Below are positions 21,142 to 31,366 of a DNA stretch of 64,000 nt, one piece after another. The position numbers and the translations under genes were made by a program. The notes below the pieces were generated by a model. The model made no database searches. It was not told the DNA's origin and saw only the letters and a list, made by a program, of their open reading frames with translations. Position 1 is the first letter of the stretch. Each line of letters begins with the position of its first letter. Source of the DNA: Promethearchaeia archaeon (GTDB lineage: Archaea; Asgardarchaeota; Lokiarchaeia; Sigyniarchaeales; SOKP01); assembly GCA_029856145.1 (NCBI GenBank), contig JAHQWK010000004.1:1-64000 (forward strand). Reading direction: 5' to 3'.

Positions 21142-22239
21142 ATGGTTTTTAGACGTGTAGTCGTGTGGCAAAATAAAGAAATTCTTAAAAGGTTTCCAAA
21201 ATATAGAGGTATAATTGATGGAACTCAAGTAGCAAGATATCTGATTGCTAAAACTATAGAATGTGCATATAATTCTAATGACTCAGTAGAAGATCTTGAA
21301 AAACTTTTAAAAGAAAAATCTCTGGAATTCAATGAATTATTAGAAAAAGATATTGAAGAAATTAAAAATCGAAAAGTATCTTCTAATTCCTATATTCATC
21401 TAGCAGAAACTCTTGCAAATAAATATCTTGAAAGTTGTATTTTTTGCGAGCGTCAATGTGAAGTTAATAGAATTGATGGAAAAAAGGGTTTCTGCTTGAT
21501 ATCTAAAGATTCATATATTTCTTCTGCCTTTCTTCATATGGGCGAAGAACCCGTGTTGATTCCAAGCGGTACAATTTTTTTTCAGGGTTGTAACTTTGGC
21601 TGTGTTTTCTGCCAGAATTATGATATCTCTCAAGCTTGGAAAGGAAAAAAAAATATTGAGGATATAGCTCAGAAAGTTAATACAAGGGAATTAGCTGTAG
21701 TCGCAGAAAAGCTAGTTGATAGAGGAGCAATAAATATCAATTATGTAGGAGGGGATCCAATCCCCAATGTTCATACAATTGTTGGAAGTTTAAATTTTCA
21801 ACAATCTAATATTTGTCAGTTATGGAATTCAAATTTTTATTTGACTAATAAATCTTTATCATTAATAATCGATTTTATAGACTTTTGGTTACCTGATTTT
21901 AAATATGGTAATAATGAATGTGGAAAAAAATATTCTGGTATTGATAATTACTTTGATTTTGTTGCCAGAAATCATAAAAGAATCCATGATGAGGGAAGTG
22001 GAGAAATTTGTATTAGACATTTAGTCATGCCAAACCATATTGAATGCTGCTCTAAACCAATATTAGATTATGTTGCTAAAGAACTTCCAAAAGCGGTTAT
22101 GAATATCATGGGGCAGTTTAGACCTCAATTTAAAGCATTTAATTATGAAGAAATAAATAGACGTCCTACATCTGAAGAAATGCGTGAAGTAAAAATGTAT
22201 GCTCAAAAATTAGGAATAATATTTGAGCCAGTATCATAA
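21142..22239 (+). CDS. radical SAM protein, PflX-like
   Basis: CNFGCVFCQN (CxxxCxxC), HMGEE, PDFKYGN, IRHLVMP. Confidence 0.9.
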   Translation: MVFRRVVVWQNKEILKRFPKYRGIIDGTQVARYLIAKTIECAYNSNDSVEDLEKLLKEKSLEFNELLEKDIEEIKNRKVSSNSYIHLAETLANKYLESCIFCERQCEVNRIDGKKGFCLISKDSYISSAFLHMGEEPVLIPSGTIFFQGCNFGCVFCQNYDISQAWKGKKNIEDIAQKVNTRELAVVAEKLVDRGAININYVGGDPIPNVHTIVGSLNFQQSNICQLWNSNFYLTNKSLSLIIDFIDFWLPDFKYGNNECGKKYSGIDNYFDFVARNHKRIHDEGSGEICIRHLVMPNHIECCSKPILDYVAKELPKAVMNIMGQFRPQFKAFNYEEINRRPTSEEMREVKMYAQKLGIIFEPVS

Positions 22240-22336
22240 GGAATTCTTTATTTTAGAAAAATCTATAAGTAATCAAATATTATAGCGCTTATCATTTTAT
22301 AACTCTACTATTAAAAATTAATATAATTGAGTTGAA

Positions 22337-23458
22337 ATGGCTCTTAAGTTAGAAGATATTAAAGGTCTTGGTAAAAAAATCGACACTTTAAAAGAAGCAG
22401 GGATAGATTCAGTTGAAAAATTAGCAAACTCAAAGATTGAAGCATTAACTGAATTAAAAGGAATTGGAAAAGCTACTGCCGAAAAAATTGTTGATAATGC
22501 AAAAGATTTGCTAAAAAACTCTAAAAGTGATTCTGGAGGAGTTTTAGATAAAGAGGTACTAGATAAATCTGAAATTCAGAAAGAAAAGAAAAAAGCAGAA
22601 GAAGAGATCAAAAAATTAGAAGAGAAGAAAACCAAATTACAAGGTAAAAAAGTTGAAGATGGCAATTTTATCCTTGTAAAAATTACTGCTCGTACTCAGA
22701 AAGGTACTATTTTTAGAGTTTCTTCTGAAGAAGATGCAAGAAAAGCGGGGATATATGATGAAAAAAAAGCGAAACAAGGATATTATACTCCTGAATTTAT
22801 TATAGTAGGAAAACCAGGATTTGTAAATGAAGGACTTACTGAATTTATTAAAGAAATGAATTATTTTGAGAAGAAGTCCGTAAGAATTCCTCCTACCAAA
22901 GCTTTTGGAAAACGGGATCCCCAAAAGATTGAAAGAATTGGCATTGCAAAATTCAGGAAACTCAATGAGGGGAAAAACCCTGAAATTGGTCAAGAATTTG
23001 TGAAAAAATCTCAGGGACAAGCACAAAGAGGGACTGTAACGAATGTCATGCAAGGAAGAGTTATAGTAGATTATAATCATCCGTTAGCAGGACAAAGTAT
23101 TGATTATAATTTAGAAATTATAGATAAAATTGAAGATTTCCATGAAAAAATAGAGTATTTCATGATAAATAAAGGAATTCCATCTGAAAATGTTCCCGAT
23201 TTTCAAGTTAGTTATATTCCTAAAAGTAAGACTCTTGAGATTATTATTCCTAAAATGTTTCTGTTTCAAAATTTAACCTATATTAAATTTGGATTAGCAA
23301 TGGATCTTCAAACTCACATGTTGGAAGACATTGATGATGTTAAGTTTATTGAGATTTATGAAAAGATACCTTTACCAGAGACACCATCTGAATCGGTTAT
23401 GAAAAAAGTTGAGGAATTCAATAAAGAACAAAAAGAAAAAGAAGAGAATGTAGATTAA
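22337..23458 (+). CDS. slyD: FKBP-type peptidyl-prolyl isomerase (long archaeal SlyD) with N-terminal HhH domain
   Basis: IPPTKAFGKRDP, VDYNHPLAG; N-terminal LKGIGKATAEKI. Confidence 0.85.
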   Translation: MALKLEDIKGLGKKIDTLKEAGIDSVEKLANSKIEALTELKGIGKATAEKIVDNAKDLLKNSKSDSGGVLDKEVLDKSEIQKEKKKAEEEIKKLEEKKTKLQGKKVEDGNFILVKITARTQKGTIFRVSSEEDARKAGIYDEKKAKQGYYTPEFIIVGKPGFVNEGLTEFIKEMNYFEKKSVRIPPTKAFGKRDPQKIERIGIAKFRKLNEGKNPEIGQEFVKKSQGQAQRGTVTNVMQGRVIVDYNHPLAGQSIDYNLEIIDKIEDFHEKIEYFMINKGIPSENVPDFQVSYIPKSKTLEIIIPKMFLFQNLTYIKFGLAMDLQTHMLEDIDDVKFIEIYEKIPLPETPSESVMKKVEEFNKEQKEKEENVD

Positions 23459-23468
23459 TAATAAACCT

Positions 23469-24437
23469 TTAAGTTATTTTGAGTTTAGTAACAAGTTCTT
23501 CCTTTTTTTTAGCTTTCTCTTTTTTATATTCTGCCTTTTTCTTACGATATTGCGAGCTTTTTCGTTGATAGTTCATTCTCCTCTTCAATGATTTTCCTTT
23601 TTTTTTTAAATACTCCTTTCTGGCTTTCTTATATTCCTTTTTTGCTTTTTTATATTCCTTTTTTGTTTTTTGATATTTTTTATATCTCTTCTTTATTTCA
23701 TGTCGAAGATCTCTACTGATGTTTCCTATTCCTAATTCATTTAATTGTTCTTTGAACTTATTAAATGATTCAAATCTAATTACTATAAAACCTAACTCTC
23801 TGGCTGGAACTAGATTTTGAATTTTATCATCAATAAAAACGCATTTTTTTGGCTTTGTATCTAATTTTTTTAACATATACTTATATTTATCCATATCTGG
23901 TTTAATAAAACCAATCTCATTCGATAAGAAGACATTATCAAAAATATCGTAAAAACCCCTTAATAAATTCGATTTAGCATGAATACCATGAGTATTAGAC
24001 ATCAAACTTACGGTATAATCTGCTTGATGCAAACGTTCTATTATTTCTGCCATTTCGGACGATATATTTGTTACCTGAGAATAGAGATCAAACCATAAGT
24101 CAATATAATACTCTGTATTTACTTTTTTTGGGGGTAAAGCTCCATTTTTGTTTTGAAAAGGATAATAGTATTTTTTAAAAATTTTTTCTAGAAAATCTTG
24201 AGAAGAAATTCTACCAGAACTTAAACCTCTTTTATTTTTTCTAATATACGAATTCTCATTACGAGGAATGGATATATTCAAATCTGATTCAATCATATCA
24301 AGTACGTTCTTTAATACAAAAGTTTTTTCAATCATCACACCCCCAAAATCAAAAATGAAGTGTTTAATCTTATATAATCTGACTTTTTGTTTTTCCCCAT
24401 AAATCTTAGATTTGGATAGTTCCTCTTGACCAATCAT
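23469..24437 (-). CDS. HAD-superfamily phosphatase (YihX-like) with Lys-rich C-terminal tail
   Basis: FIFDFGGV, MSNT, KPD, FIDD motifs; C-terminal KKEYKKA-type repeats. Confidence 0.85.
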   Translation of the reverse strand: MIGQEELSKSKIYGEKQKVRLYKIKHFIFDFGGVMIEKTFVLKNVLDMIESDLNISIPRNENSYIRKNKRGLSSGRISSQDFLEKIFKKYYYPFQNKNGALPPKKVNTEYYIDLWFDLYSQVTNISSEMAEIIERLHQADYTVSLMSNTHGIHAKSNLLRGFYDIFDNVFLSNEIGFIKPDMDKYKYMLKKLDTKPKKCVFIDDKIQNLVPARELGFIVIRFESFNKFKEQLNELGIGNISRDLRHEIKKRYKKYQKTKKEYKKAKKEYKKARKEYLKKKGKSLKRRMNYQRKSSQYRKKKAEYKKEKAKKKEELVTKLKIT

Positions 24438-24466
24438 CTTCTAGATAATTCAAGAAAGAATTATTA

Positions 24467-25258
24467 TTAACGATTATGGTCTTCTTTAACTAGTTTTAAG
24501 ATTAAATTGCAAATTTCTTCAACTGGAGAATTTTCACACTTCCAGTTTGTGAATTCAGGAAATGATCCAGGATCCACAATATACAATTTATTACTAATAT
24601 GTTCTCTAACAATATCTAAATGGCCAAATAATACTTTTCCATCAAAATATTTTTTCCATTTCTTTATTAATAATTTAATATCATTTGGAGTTTTGATTTT
24701 TTCCATGTCAGTATGCTCATTTGATAAAGGAGCTTTAACTAAGGTACAAATATTATCATCTATGAAATAAACAGTATAATGTATGCCTTCAACATATTTC
24801 TCTAAATATAATATTTTATTATTCCCATTATTCAAATCTTCAAATGATTCAATAATTCTTACGCCCCTACTTCCAGAACCCATTATAGGTTTTAAGATTA
24901 GGGGGAAATCTTCTAATTGAAGTCGATCTCTAAAAGTTTCCGAAGTTCCTAAATAGATATCAGGCGTTAAAAAGCCAATAGACTTAAGCAAAGAATGAGA
25001 TTCTATTCGATTTTTCTGTTTAAAAGAAATGTGAGGATCTGGGATAACTGGAATATTATTGGCTTTCAAATAATAACCCGCATAAATAAAAAAGAGTGAT
25101 TTCGATTTTAAAATATAAAAATCATTATTAAAAAGAGACTCATTTATTACTAGATTTTCCATGGTATATATTGAAACAATATGACCTTTATTTTCAAAGA
25201 ATTCTTTTATCTTGCCCGTCATCATTGTTGTTCTTTTTGATAAAATACCAATCTTCAT
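24467..25258 (-). CDS. ATP-grasp protein (RimK/ITPK1-like, divergent)
   Basis: PLILKPIMGSGSRGV, LEKYVEG, GHLD, YIVDPGSFPEF. Confidence 0.75.
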   Translation of the reverse strand: MKIGILSKRTTMMTGKIKEFFENKGHIVSIYTMENLVINESLFNNDFYILKSKSLFFIYAGYYLKANNIPVIPDPHISFKQKNRIESHSLLKSIGFLTPDIYLGTSETFRDRLQLEDFPLILKPIMGSGSRGVRIIESFEDLNNGNNKILYLEKYVEGIHYTVYFIDDNICTLVKAPLSNEHTDMEKIKTPNDIKLLIKKWKKYFDGKVLFGHLDIVREHISNKLYIVDPGSFPEFTNWKCENSPVEEICNLILKLVKEDHNR

Positions 25259-25272
25259 TTTCTTTTTTACTT

Positions 25273-26091
25273 TTATTTTTTTGCTTGTTCTAATAGAAAA
25301 TCTGCGACAATTTTATGACCATCTTTCATATAATTAAAATTGGGAGTACAATTAATATCAGTTAGAAAAAATTGATTATCACTTAATTTCAAAAAATCAA
25401 GAGAAGTCACTTTTAGATCCATAACTTCCATTGCCTTATAACAATATTCCTTTAATTCTGGAATTTCTTTTATTTCTTGTCTAGATTCCAATTTATTGGG
25501 ATTTAATAATATCGGCAATTGTTTATAGAAATACACATTTTCTCCAATGCCATAAATCTTATATTCCCATTCACTTTTAATGAATTTCTGATAGTAAAGA
25601 TACTTGTAATTAATATCTGTTCCGTCAACTTCATCCAAAGCTCTTTTATCTGCTACCTTAAAGTGACTATTTTGTTGACTAATTATGGGATGAAATTTAT
25701 AATTTCTCTGGTCAACGATGTTTTTTATAATAAAATCATTAAATGGAGGCAAAGAGCCCTCCGGGTTCAATGAAAAATCTGGTACTGGTATACCTGCTTT
25801 TCTTAGATAAGTACTATTGAGGAACCGATTAACTGCTAAGCAAATTGCCTTATAAGAATTTATTACCGGAACTGAGGTTTGGCCTTCAATGAGTTTTATT
25901 ATTCCCAAAATTAAAGTGCCCTTTGCTTTAACGAAGAATATATCCTCATCGAAATCCACTTCAGAACTCTTTAAAAGATATGATTCTTCGATATAAAGAT
26001 TCACTTCTGCTATAGATCTTAAATATTCTAAAAAATCTGTGACTTTGTAATTTAAATGATAATTATCAATTATTATACCTACTTTTCTCAA
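25273..26091 (-). CDS. ATP-grasp protein (ITPK1/RimK-like)
   Basis: YQKFI, EYKIYGIGE, SLDF, TDINCTPNF. Confidence 0.75.
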   Translation of the reverse strand: MRKVGIIIDNYHLNYKVTDFLEYLRSIAEVNLYIEESYLLKSSEVDFDEDIFFVKAKGTLILGIIKLIEGQTSVPVINSYKAICLAVNRFLNSTYLRKAGIPVPDFSLNPEGSLPPFNDFIIKNIVDQRNYKFHPIISQQNSHFKVADKRALDEVDGTDINYKYLYYQKFIKSEWEYKIYGIGENVYFYKQLPILLNPNKLESRQEIKEIPELKEYCYKAMEVMDLKVTSLDFLKLSDNQFFLTDINCTPNFNYMKDGHKIVADFLLEQAKK

Positions 26092-26307
26092 TTTTCAACC
26101 TAAGAAGCATGTTTTAAAGAAAAATTGTGCTTTTCTTGATATAAATTAAATAAATAATATAAATAAAATTGATATAAATTCTGAAGCTTCTTTTATTCTA
26201 AGAATTGACTACTCCATAATATATATGTATAAATATTCGTATATAGAAACATTAGATTTATAAATGTTAATTTACTCATAATCTATTAAAAAATTAGGGT
26301 TTTTTGG

Positions 26308-27216
26308 GTGTCTAATAAGCTAAGTAGAATCTACATAGGCTCTATTTACAATCGCGATCTCGAAGTTTTCGAGAAAATCAAAAAATTCTGTAATAAAAAC
26401 TATAATCTTTCTATTATAAACCTTTTAAAGAAAGGTTCGAATTCTTTTAACATTAAGTATTTTAAAAAACAATTAAAAAGATACCCTATTTCATTAATAA
26501 TTGTTAAAATTTTTTCTGAAGAATCAAATCAAGAAATCTACCAAGCAATTCGAGAGATCGCTCCAAATATCCCTCTATTAAATAGCTCAAGAGCGATTGA
26601 GATATGTGAAAGTAGAATTAAAACTTTTAAATTCATTGAACAAAGAGTAAAGAAATTAAACATCCCTAAAACATATTTTTCTATGAAAGAAGCTTATAAT
26701 GCCTGTTCTAATGGCACTAAAGTTATTATAAAATTAGATACCCATAATATGCCAAATTTACCAAAAAAAGATAGAATTATCGGAATAGCAGAAAATATCC
26801 CCCAATTCAAGAAATTGGTTGAAAATTATCGAGAAGACGATTTATTTTTCCAAACCTACTTAGGAAGTTTTGATATCATTTATAAAATATATGTAGTTGA
26901 TCGTTGGGCAGTATCAATTACATCTCATGATAGATTACAACAAAAAGATAATTTATCTCCATTAGAATTAATCCATATTCGAATATCTATCGAGAAACAA
27001 TTGAAGAGAAGAATTTTAAGATTAGGAAGAAAAATGGGTATGTCTGTTTTTGGTGTTGATTATATATTAACGGAAGAAGGGATACCATTCATCATAGATA
27101 TTAATGATTTTCCAAGTTTCAGAAGGATACCTGAAGCAGTGAGTTTGATATCAGATTATATCTATAACATAGTTATCATGCAACATCAACGGTTTAGAAT
27201 TCCTGCTAAAGTTTAA
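26308..27216 (+). CDS. ITPK1-like ATP-grasp inositol phosphate kinase
   Basis: YKIYVVD; FGVDYI...IIDINDFPSF matches the ITPK1 signature FGxD...IDINxFPGY. Confidence 0.7.
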   Translation: MSNKLSRIYIGSIYNRDLEVFEKIKKFCNKNYNLSIINLLKKGSNSFNIKYFKKQLKRYPISLIIVKIFSEESNQEIYQAIREIAPNIPLLNSSRAIEICESRIKTFKFIEQRVKKLNIPKTYFSMKEAYNACSNGTKVIIKLDTHNMPNLPKKDRIIGIAENIPQFKKLVENYREDDLFFQTYLGSFDIIYKIYVVDRWAVSITSHDRLQQKDNLSPLELIHIRISIEKQLKRRILRLGRKMGMSVFGVDYILTEEGIPFIIDINDFPSFRRIPEAVSLISDYIYNIVIMQHQRFRIPAKV

Positions 27217-27239
27217 GGTTAAAAATAAGAATTATTACT

Positions 27240-28331
27240 TTATCGTTCTCTCTTATTTTCTAAAAACTCTAAAAGTCTTTTTTTAGCGATATAATCATCT
27301 AATTGCTCTGGAGGATGTTTTGCAAAGAAAGAACAAGCTGATTGAAGAATACCTCCAATATTTCTGTCTTTTGCAATTTTGCTAACCCTAATACAATCAG
27401 CAATAATTCCTGCTGAATTATTACCATCTTCTACAAACATAGTAATATCAACTCTGACTGGAGCACCTCCAAAAACTCTACCTTCTAGTCTCATATAAGC
27501 TTCTTTTTGATTTTTTAGAAATGGAATATAATCTACAGCAGAAATTTGACAATCTATTGTATCTTTATTCGGGAGATTGGCAATTACCGCTTCAGTCTTT
27601 GACTGTCGTTTTCCCTCTTCATATCTTAATAAACCATTCTGCATTGGTGTTAATAAATTACAAAAGTCACTAGAACCCCCCCAATCAAGTTGAATTGTTT
27701 TATCTAATATGGCTCCCCGCATTGGAAAGAGACTAGTTAAGGCCCTATGAATGATAGTAGCCCCTATTTGGGATTTTACATCATCTCCCATTAACGAAAG
27801 GTTATTTTCTTCGGCTTTTTTAACAATTTCTGGATCTTTAACTACATGCGAAGGCATTCCATTTACAACACATGATCCTGCTTCAAGCGCACTCATAGCA
27901 TAAAATTTTACGGCTTCATGCGATCCTGTTGGAAGCAAGATTACAGTAACATCTGTATTTCTATTTTTTATTTCGTTAACAACATCCGTAGGATTTTGAT
28001 TATTATCTACTGGTATTATGGCTTTAATATTACTGTCTAATCCATCCATTACTGGACCTTTGATTACAGGAGCATTTAAATAATTAGGTTCAAAAAGTTT
28101 CATATTACAATTTGGTTCCGCAAAAATTGCTTCACTCAAATCTTTTCCAACTTTGTTTAAATTAACATCGATTCCTAAAACAAAATTAATGTCACTAATA
28201 CTATAGTGGATAATTTCTGGAAGGATCCCTATTGTTTTTTCGGGATTTTTCTTGTAGTTCGCACAACCTTGCACAAGGGCTGATGCTACATCACCTACTC
28301 CAACTATGGCAACATTTATTTTATTCGCCAT
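27240..28331 (-). CDS. ino1: myo-inositol-1-phosphate synthase
   Basis: VAIVGVG, KVGKDLSEAIFAEPN, GDDVKSQIGAT, SKTEAV, FFAKHPP. Confidence 0.93.
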   Translation of the reverse strand: MANKINVAIVGVGDVASALVQGCANYKKNPEKTIGILPEIIHYSISDINFVLGIDVNLNKVGKDLSEAIFAEPNCNMKLFEPNYLNAPVIKGPVMDGLDSNIKAIIPVDNNQNPTDVVNEIKNRNTDVTVILLPTGSHEAVKFYAMSALEAGSCVVNGMPSHVVKDPEIVKKAEENNLSLMGDDVKSQIGATIIHRALTSLFPMRGAILDKTIQLDWGGSSDFCNLLTPMQNGLLRYEEGKRQSKTEAVIANLPNKDTIDCQISAVDYIPFLKNQKEAYMRLEGRVFGGAPVRVDITMFVEDGNNSAGIIADCIRVSKIAKDRNIGGILQSACSFFAKHPPEQLDDYIAKKRLLEFLENKRER

Positions 28332-28376
28332 GATATTTTGTATAATAAAGTGATTATATTTAAATTATTTTAAAAT

Positions 28377-29285
28377 ATGGTATATGATAATATGGTTAAA
28401 AAAGTAGTTTTTTCAGCAAATCAAGATCATGTAGTAATTAAAAAGTTAATTAACAAATTAAAAAAAATAAAAGAATTTGATTTAATCTTCCATGATCCTA
28501 CAAAAGACTTTTTTTGCCTTTCTGATATGCCAGAACAGTTTAAGAATGCAGATCTAATCATTCTAAAGGTAAGAAATGAATGTTCTATTGATCTATTGCA
28601 TTTTGCTAAATTTTATAATATACCTACTCTACATGATGTAGATACAGTGTTAAATTGTAAGAATAAAATTGCTCTTGATTATGGATTAAGGAAAGCTTTG
28701 AATGATCATAAAAAAGATGTAGAAAATATTCTAATGCCTGACTCATGGAATCATTCTTTATCAGATGTTAATAAATTTAAAGAATGGGCTTTACCAAAAT
28801 TACCTATAGTTATTAAAAGTCATAATCAGCATGATAAATATAATCGATTTAATTTCTTAGTCCAAAAAATTGAAGAGGTTGAAAAATTCTGTGAAAGATA
28901 TAAGGAATTCTTATATTATGATGTATATGTACAAAAATTCATTGAATGTGATGGAATCGAGCGGAAAATATACGTAATTGGTGATAAGGTTTTTGGTATT
29001 AAAAGAGAAAACCCTATTTATAAATTTTTAAGAGAAAAACTTGACTATATCGATGTTAGTTTAATTGAACGGGAAAGTTTTGAAATTACAGAAGATATTA
29101 TAAAACTTTCAAACATTTTATCTGCAGATTTAAACCTTGAGATATTTGGCTTTGATCTGATTCGCCCAATTGACCAGAATATATACTATCTTATCGACTT
29201 AAATGATTTTCCAAGTTTCAAAGGAATTCCACATATTGAAAATGAGTTAAAGGATTTTATTTTAAATTATGTAATAAATCTTTAA
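28377..29285 (+). CDS. ITPK1-like ATP-grasp inositol phosphate kinase
   Basis: PIVIKS, VQKFI, KIYVIGD, FGFDLI...LIDLNDFPSFKG. Confidence 0.75.
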   Translation: MVYDNMVKKVVFSANQDHVVIKKLINKLKKIKEFDLIFHDPTKDFFCLSDMPEQFKNADLIILKVRNECSIDLLHFAKFYNIPTLHDVDTVLNCKNKIALDYGLRKALNDHKKDVENILMPDSWNHSLSDVNKFKEWALPKLPIVIKSHNQHDKYNRFNFLVQKIEEVEKFCERYKEFLYYDVYVQKFIECDGIERKIYVIGDKVFGIKRENPIYKFLREKLDYIDVSLIERESFEITEDIIKLSNILSADLNLEIFGFDLIRPIDQNIYYLIDLNDFPSFKGIPHIENELKDFILNYVINL

Positions 29286-30127
29286 GCTATAATCATGAAA
29301 GGTATTATTATTAGATAAGCTAATACTCCATACAAAATACAAAAGTACCCAAAGCTAATTTTTTGAGCAACTCGGAGTAAAAATTCTATAGTTAAATAGC
29401 CTACCAAGAAGCTAATTAATGTAGTACTAATAATCAAGAAGAAATTTAAGGTTCCAAAAATTGATCCTTCTCCAATAATAATATCAACTATAATAGAAGC
29501 AATAGCAACTGGTACCAACATTAAAAAACTCAATCTTAGTGCATTATCTTGGTTATATTTTTCCAATAAAATAGCTGAAACAGTAATTCCAGAACGGGAA
29601 ATACCTGGCAATATAGAAACTCCTTGAATAAGACCAGATAAAAAGCTGTCTTTTGGTATAAAATCTTTCGAAATTTCTTCTAGAGTGTTTTTTCCATAGA
29701 TTTTCCTTGTTTTTAGTAAAATAATCCCCGTAATAATTAGTAAACCTGAAATAATTAGTGTTATTAAATCTCCTTGGTAGGCAGTAAACGCACCTGAAAT
29801 GATTATTCTGAATATAAAATAGAGCGGTAAAGCGGTAATTCCTGATCCCAAGGTAGCATAAATTAACCAATTTCTTTTTTTGATATCTATTTCATCCACT
29901 ACATATTTTTTTGGTAAAAAACTTCTAAATATTTTAAAAAAATCAGTTCTAAATTTTAATAAAACGGCTAATGTCGTACCTAAATGTAACCAGATTGCAA
30001 GGCTGTATGCTTCTTCAGGAGAAATCCCAAAGATATTCATTGATACGATAAATGTCTGGCCACTGGATGATATTGGGAGCCATTCAAAGAGACCTTGTAA
30101 TATTGCAATAATAATAAACGCTATCAT
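29282..30127 (-). CDS. uppP: undecaprenyl/polyprenyl-diphosphate phosphatase (BacA/UppP)
   Basis: QGLFEWLPISSSG, LHLGT, PGISRSG. Confidence 0.92.
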   Translation of the reverse strand: MIAFIIIAILQGLFEWLPISSSGQTFIVSMNIFGISPEEAYSLAIWLHLGTTLAVLLKFRTDFFKIFRSFLPKKYVVDEIDIKKRNWLIYATLGSGITALPLYFIFRIIISGAFTAYQGDLITLIISGLLIITGIILLKTRKIYGKNTLEEISKDFIPKDSFLSGLIQGVSILPGISRSGITVSAILLEKYNQDNALRLSFLMLVPVAIASIIVDIIIGEGSIFGTLNFFLIISTTLISFLVGYLTIEFLLRVAQKISFGYFCILYGVLAYLIIIPFMIIA

Positions 30128-30130
30128 AAT

Positions 30131-30610
30131 TTAAAACTCATATTTATTTAGTCCTTTCATTAAACAATCAATAATTTCATTTCGGGCTTTTCTAAAACCT
30201 TCTAGTTCTTTCATACCTGGATCTTCAATATCTCCGCTTTCTCCAGCAAATTCTTTAATAGTTAATATCTCCTTACTATCAACATTAAAAAAATCATTGA
30301 TTTCTTCCTTATGTTTATTTGTTAATGTGAGAATCAAATCTGCATCCTCAATTATTTTAGGATACTTTTTCAAATCTCTAGATAAAGCACTTTCAGATAA
30401 TTTAATCCCCATTTCTTCCATAGCTAATTTAGCATCCATTGATATTAACATACCATCTCGTGCGTTTGAAGCTATCCCACCAGAAAATACTTCTACTTCT
30501 AAATTGATTTTCGAAAAAAAGTCTTTTAAGAACCCTTCAGCCATACGCGACCTAGCTGTATTCACTGAACATACAATTAAGAGATACCGATAAGGAAATT
30601 TTGTATTCAT
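30131..30610 (-). CDS. low molecular weight protein phosphatase / ArsC family
   Basis: P-loop CSVNTARS (CX5R), DIEDP. Confidence 0.88.
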   Translation of the reverse strand: MNTKFPYRYLLIVCSVNTARSRMAEGFLKDFFSKINLEVEVFSGGIASNARDGMLISMDAKLAMEEMGIKLSESALSRDLKKYPKIIEDADLILTLTNKHKEEINDFFNVDSKEILTIKEFAGESGDIEDPGMKELEGFRKARNEIIDCLMKGLNKYEF

Positions 30611-30646
30611 TAATTAGATAAAAAGAAAGATGTAAAAAAACTATTA

Positions 30647-31321
30647 TTATTTAAAACTCTTACTATTTACAAATTTTATTCCAGTTTTATTCATGTTTTC
30701 TAAAGCGTTTTTTATACTACCTTCTGGTAAATTGACACCCCTAGTTAGATCTACTAAAAAATACACTCTATAATCAAATTCAAATCCATCCATAGCTGTA
30801 TAATAGCAACAATAATCTAATGCTAACCCACATACAAAAATTCGTCGGATTCTTTTAGAATTTAAATAATCTCTCAATCCAGTTTCAGAGTTCTTATCAT
30901 TATCTCGGAATCCAGAATAACTATCCACATTTGGGTTCATCCCTTTTTGGATTACTTTGTCTGCTAAATCAATTTTTAAATCATTATGAAATTCTGCTCC
31001 TTTAGTATTTTGTACACAATGATCTGGCCATAAAACGGGACCTATAGCTCCATCTTCAGATGTAAATTCATCACCAGGAGATTTACCAGGGTGATTACTC
31101 GCAAATGATAAATGATTTTGTGAATGCCAATCTTGAGTTAACACTACTGTTGCTTTATTTTTTTTGAATAAGTTAGCAGTTTGATTAATATCCTCTATAA
31201 TTAGATCTCCTTCCTCAACAGGCAATGATCCCCCAGGTGTAAAATCATATTGCATATCTACAATAATCAAGGCATCCCTTGTATTAATCTTGATTTCTTT
31301 TTCAAATATCAATTGGTCCAT
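30647..31321 (-). CDS. pncA: nicotinamidase/pyrazinamidase
   Basis: VDMQYDF, DWH, WPDHC, DSYSGF, GLALDYC. Confidence 0.93.
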   Translation of the reverse strand: MDQLIFEKEIKINTRDALIIVDMQYDFTPGGSLPVEEGDLIIEDINQTANLFKKNKATVVLTQDWHSQNHLSFASNHPGKSPGDEFTSEDGAIGPVLWPDHCVQNTKGAEFHNDLKIDLADKVIQKGMNPNVDSYSGFRDNDKNSETGLRDYLNSKRIRRIFVCGLALDYCCYYTAMDGFEFDYRVYFLVDLTRGVNLPEGSIKNALENMNKTGIKFVNSKSFK

Positions 31322-31366
31322 GATATAATCACTTATTGAATTTATTGCTATACATCATTGAGTTTA

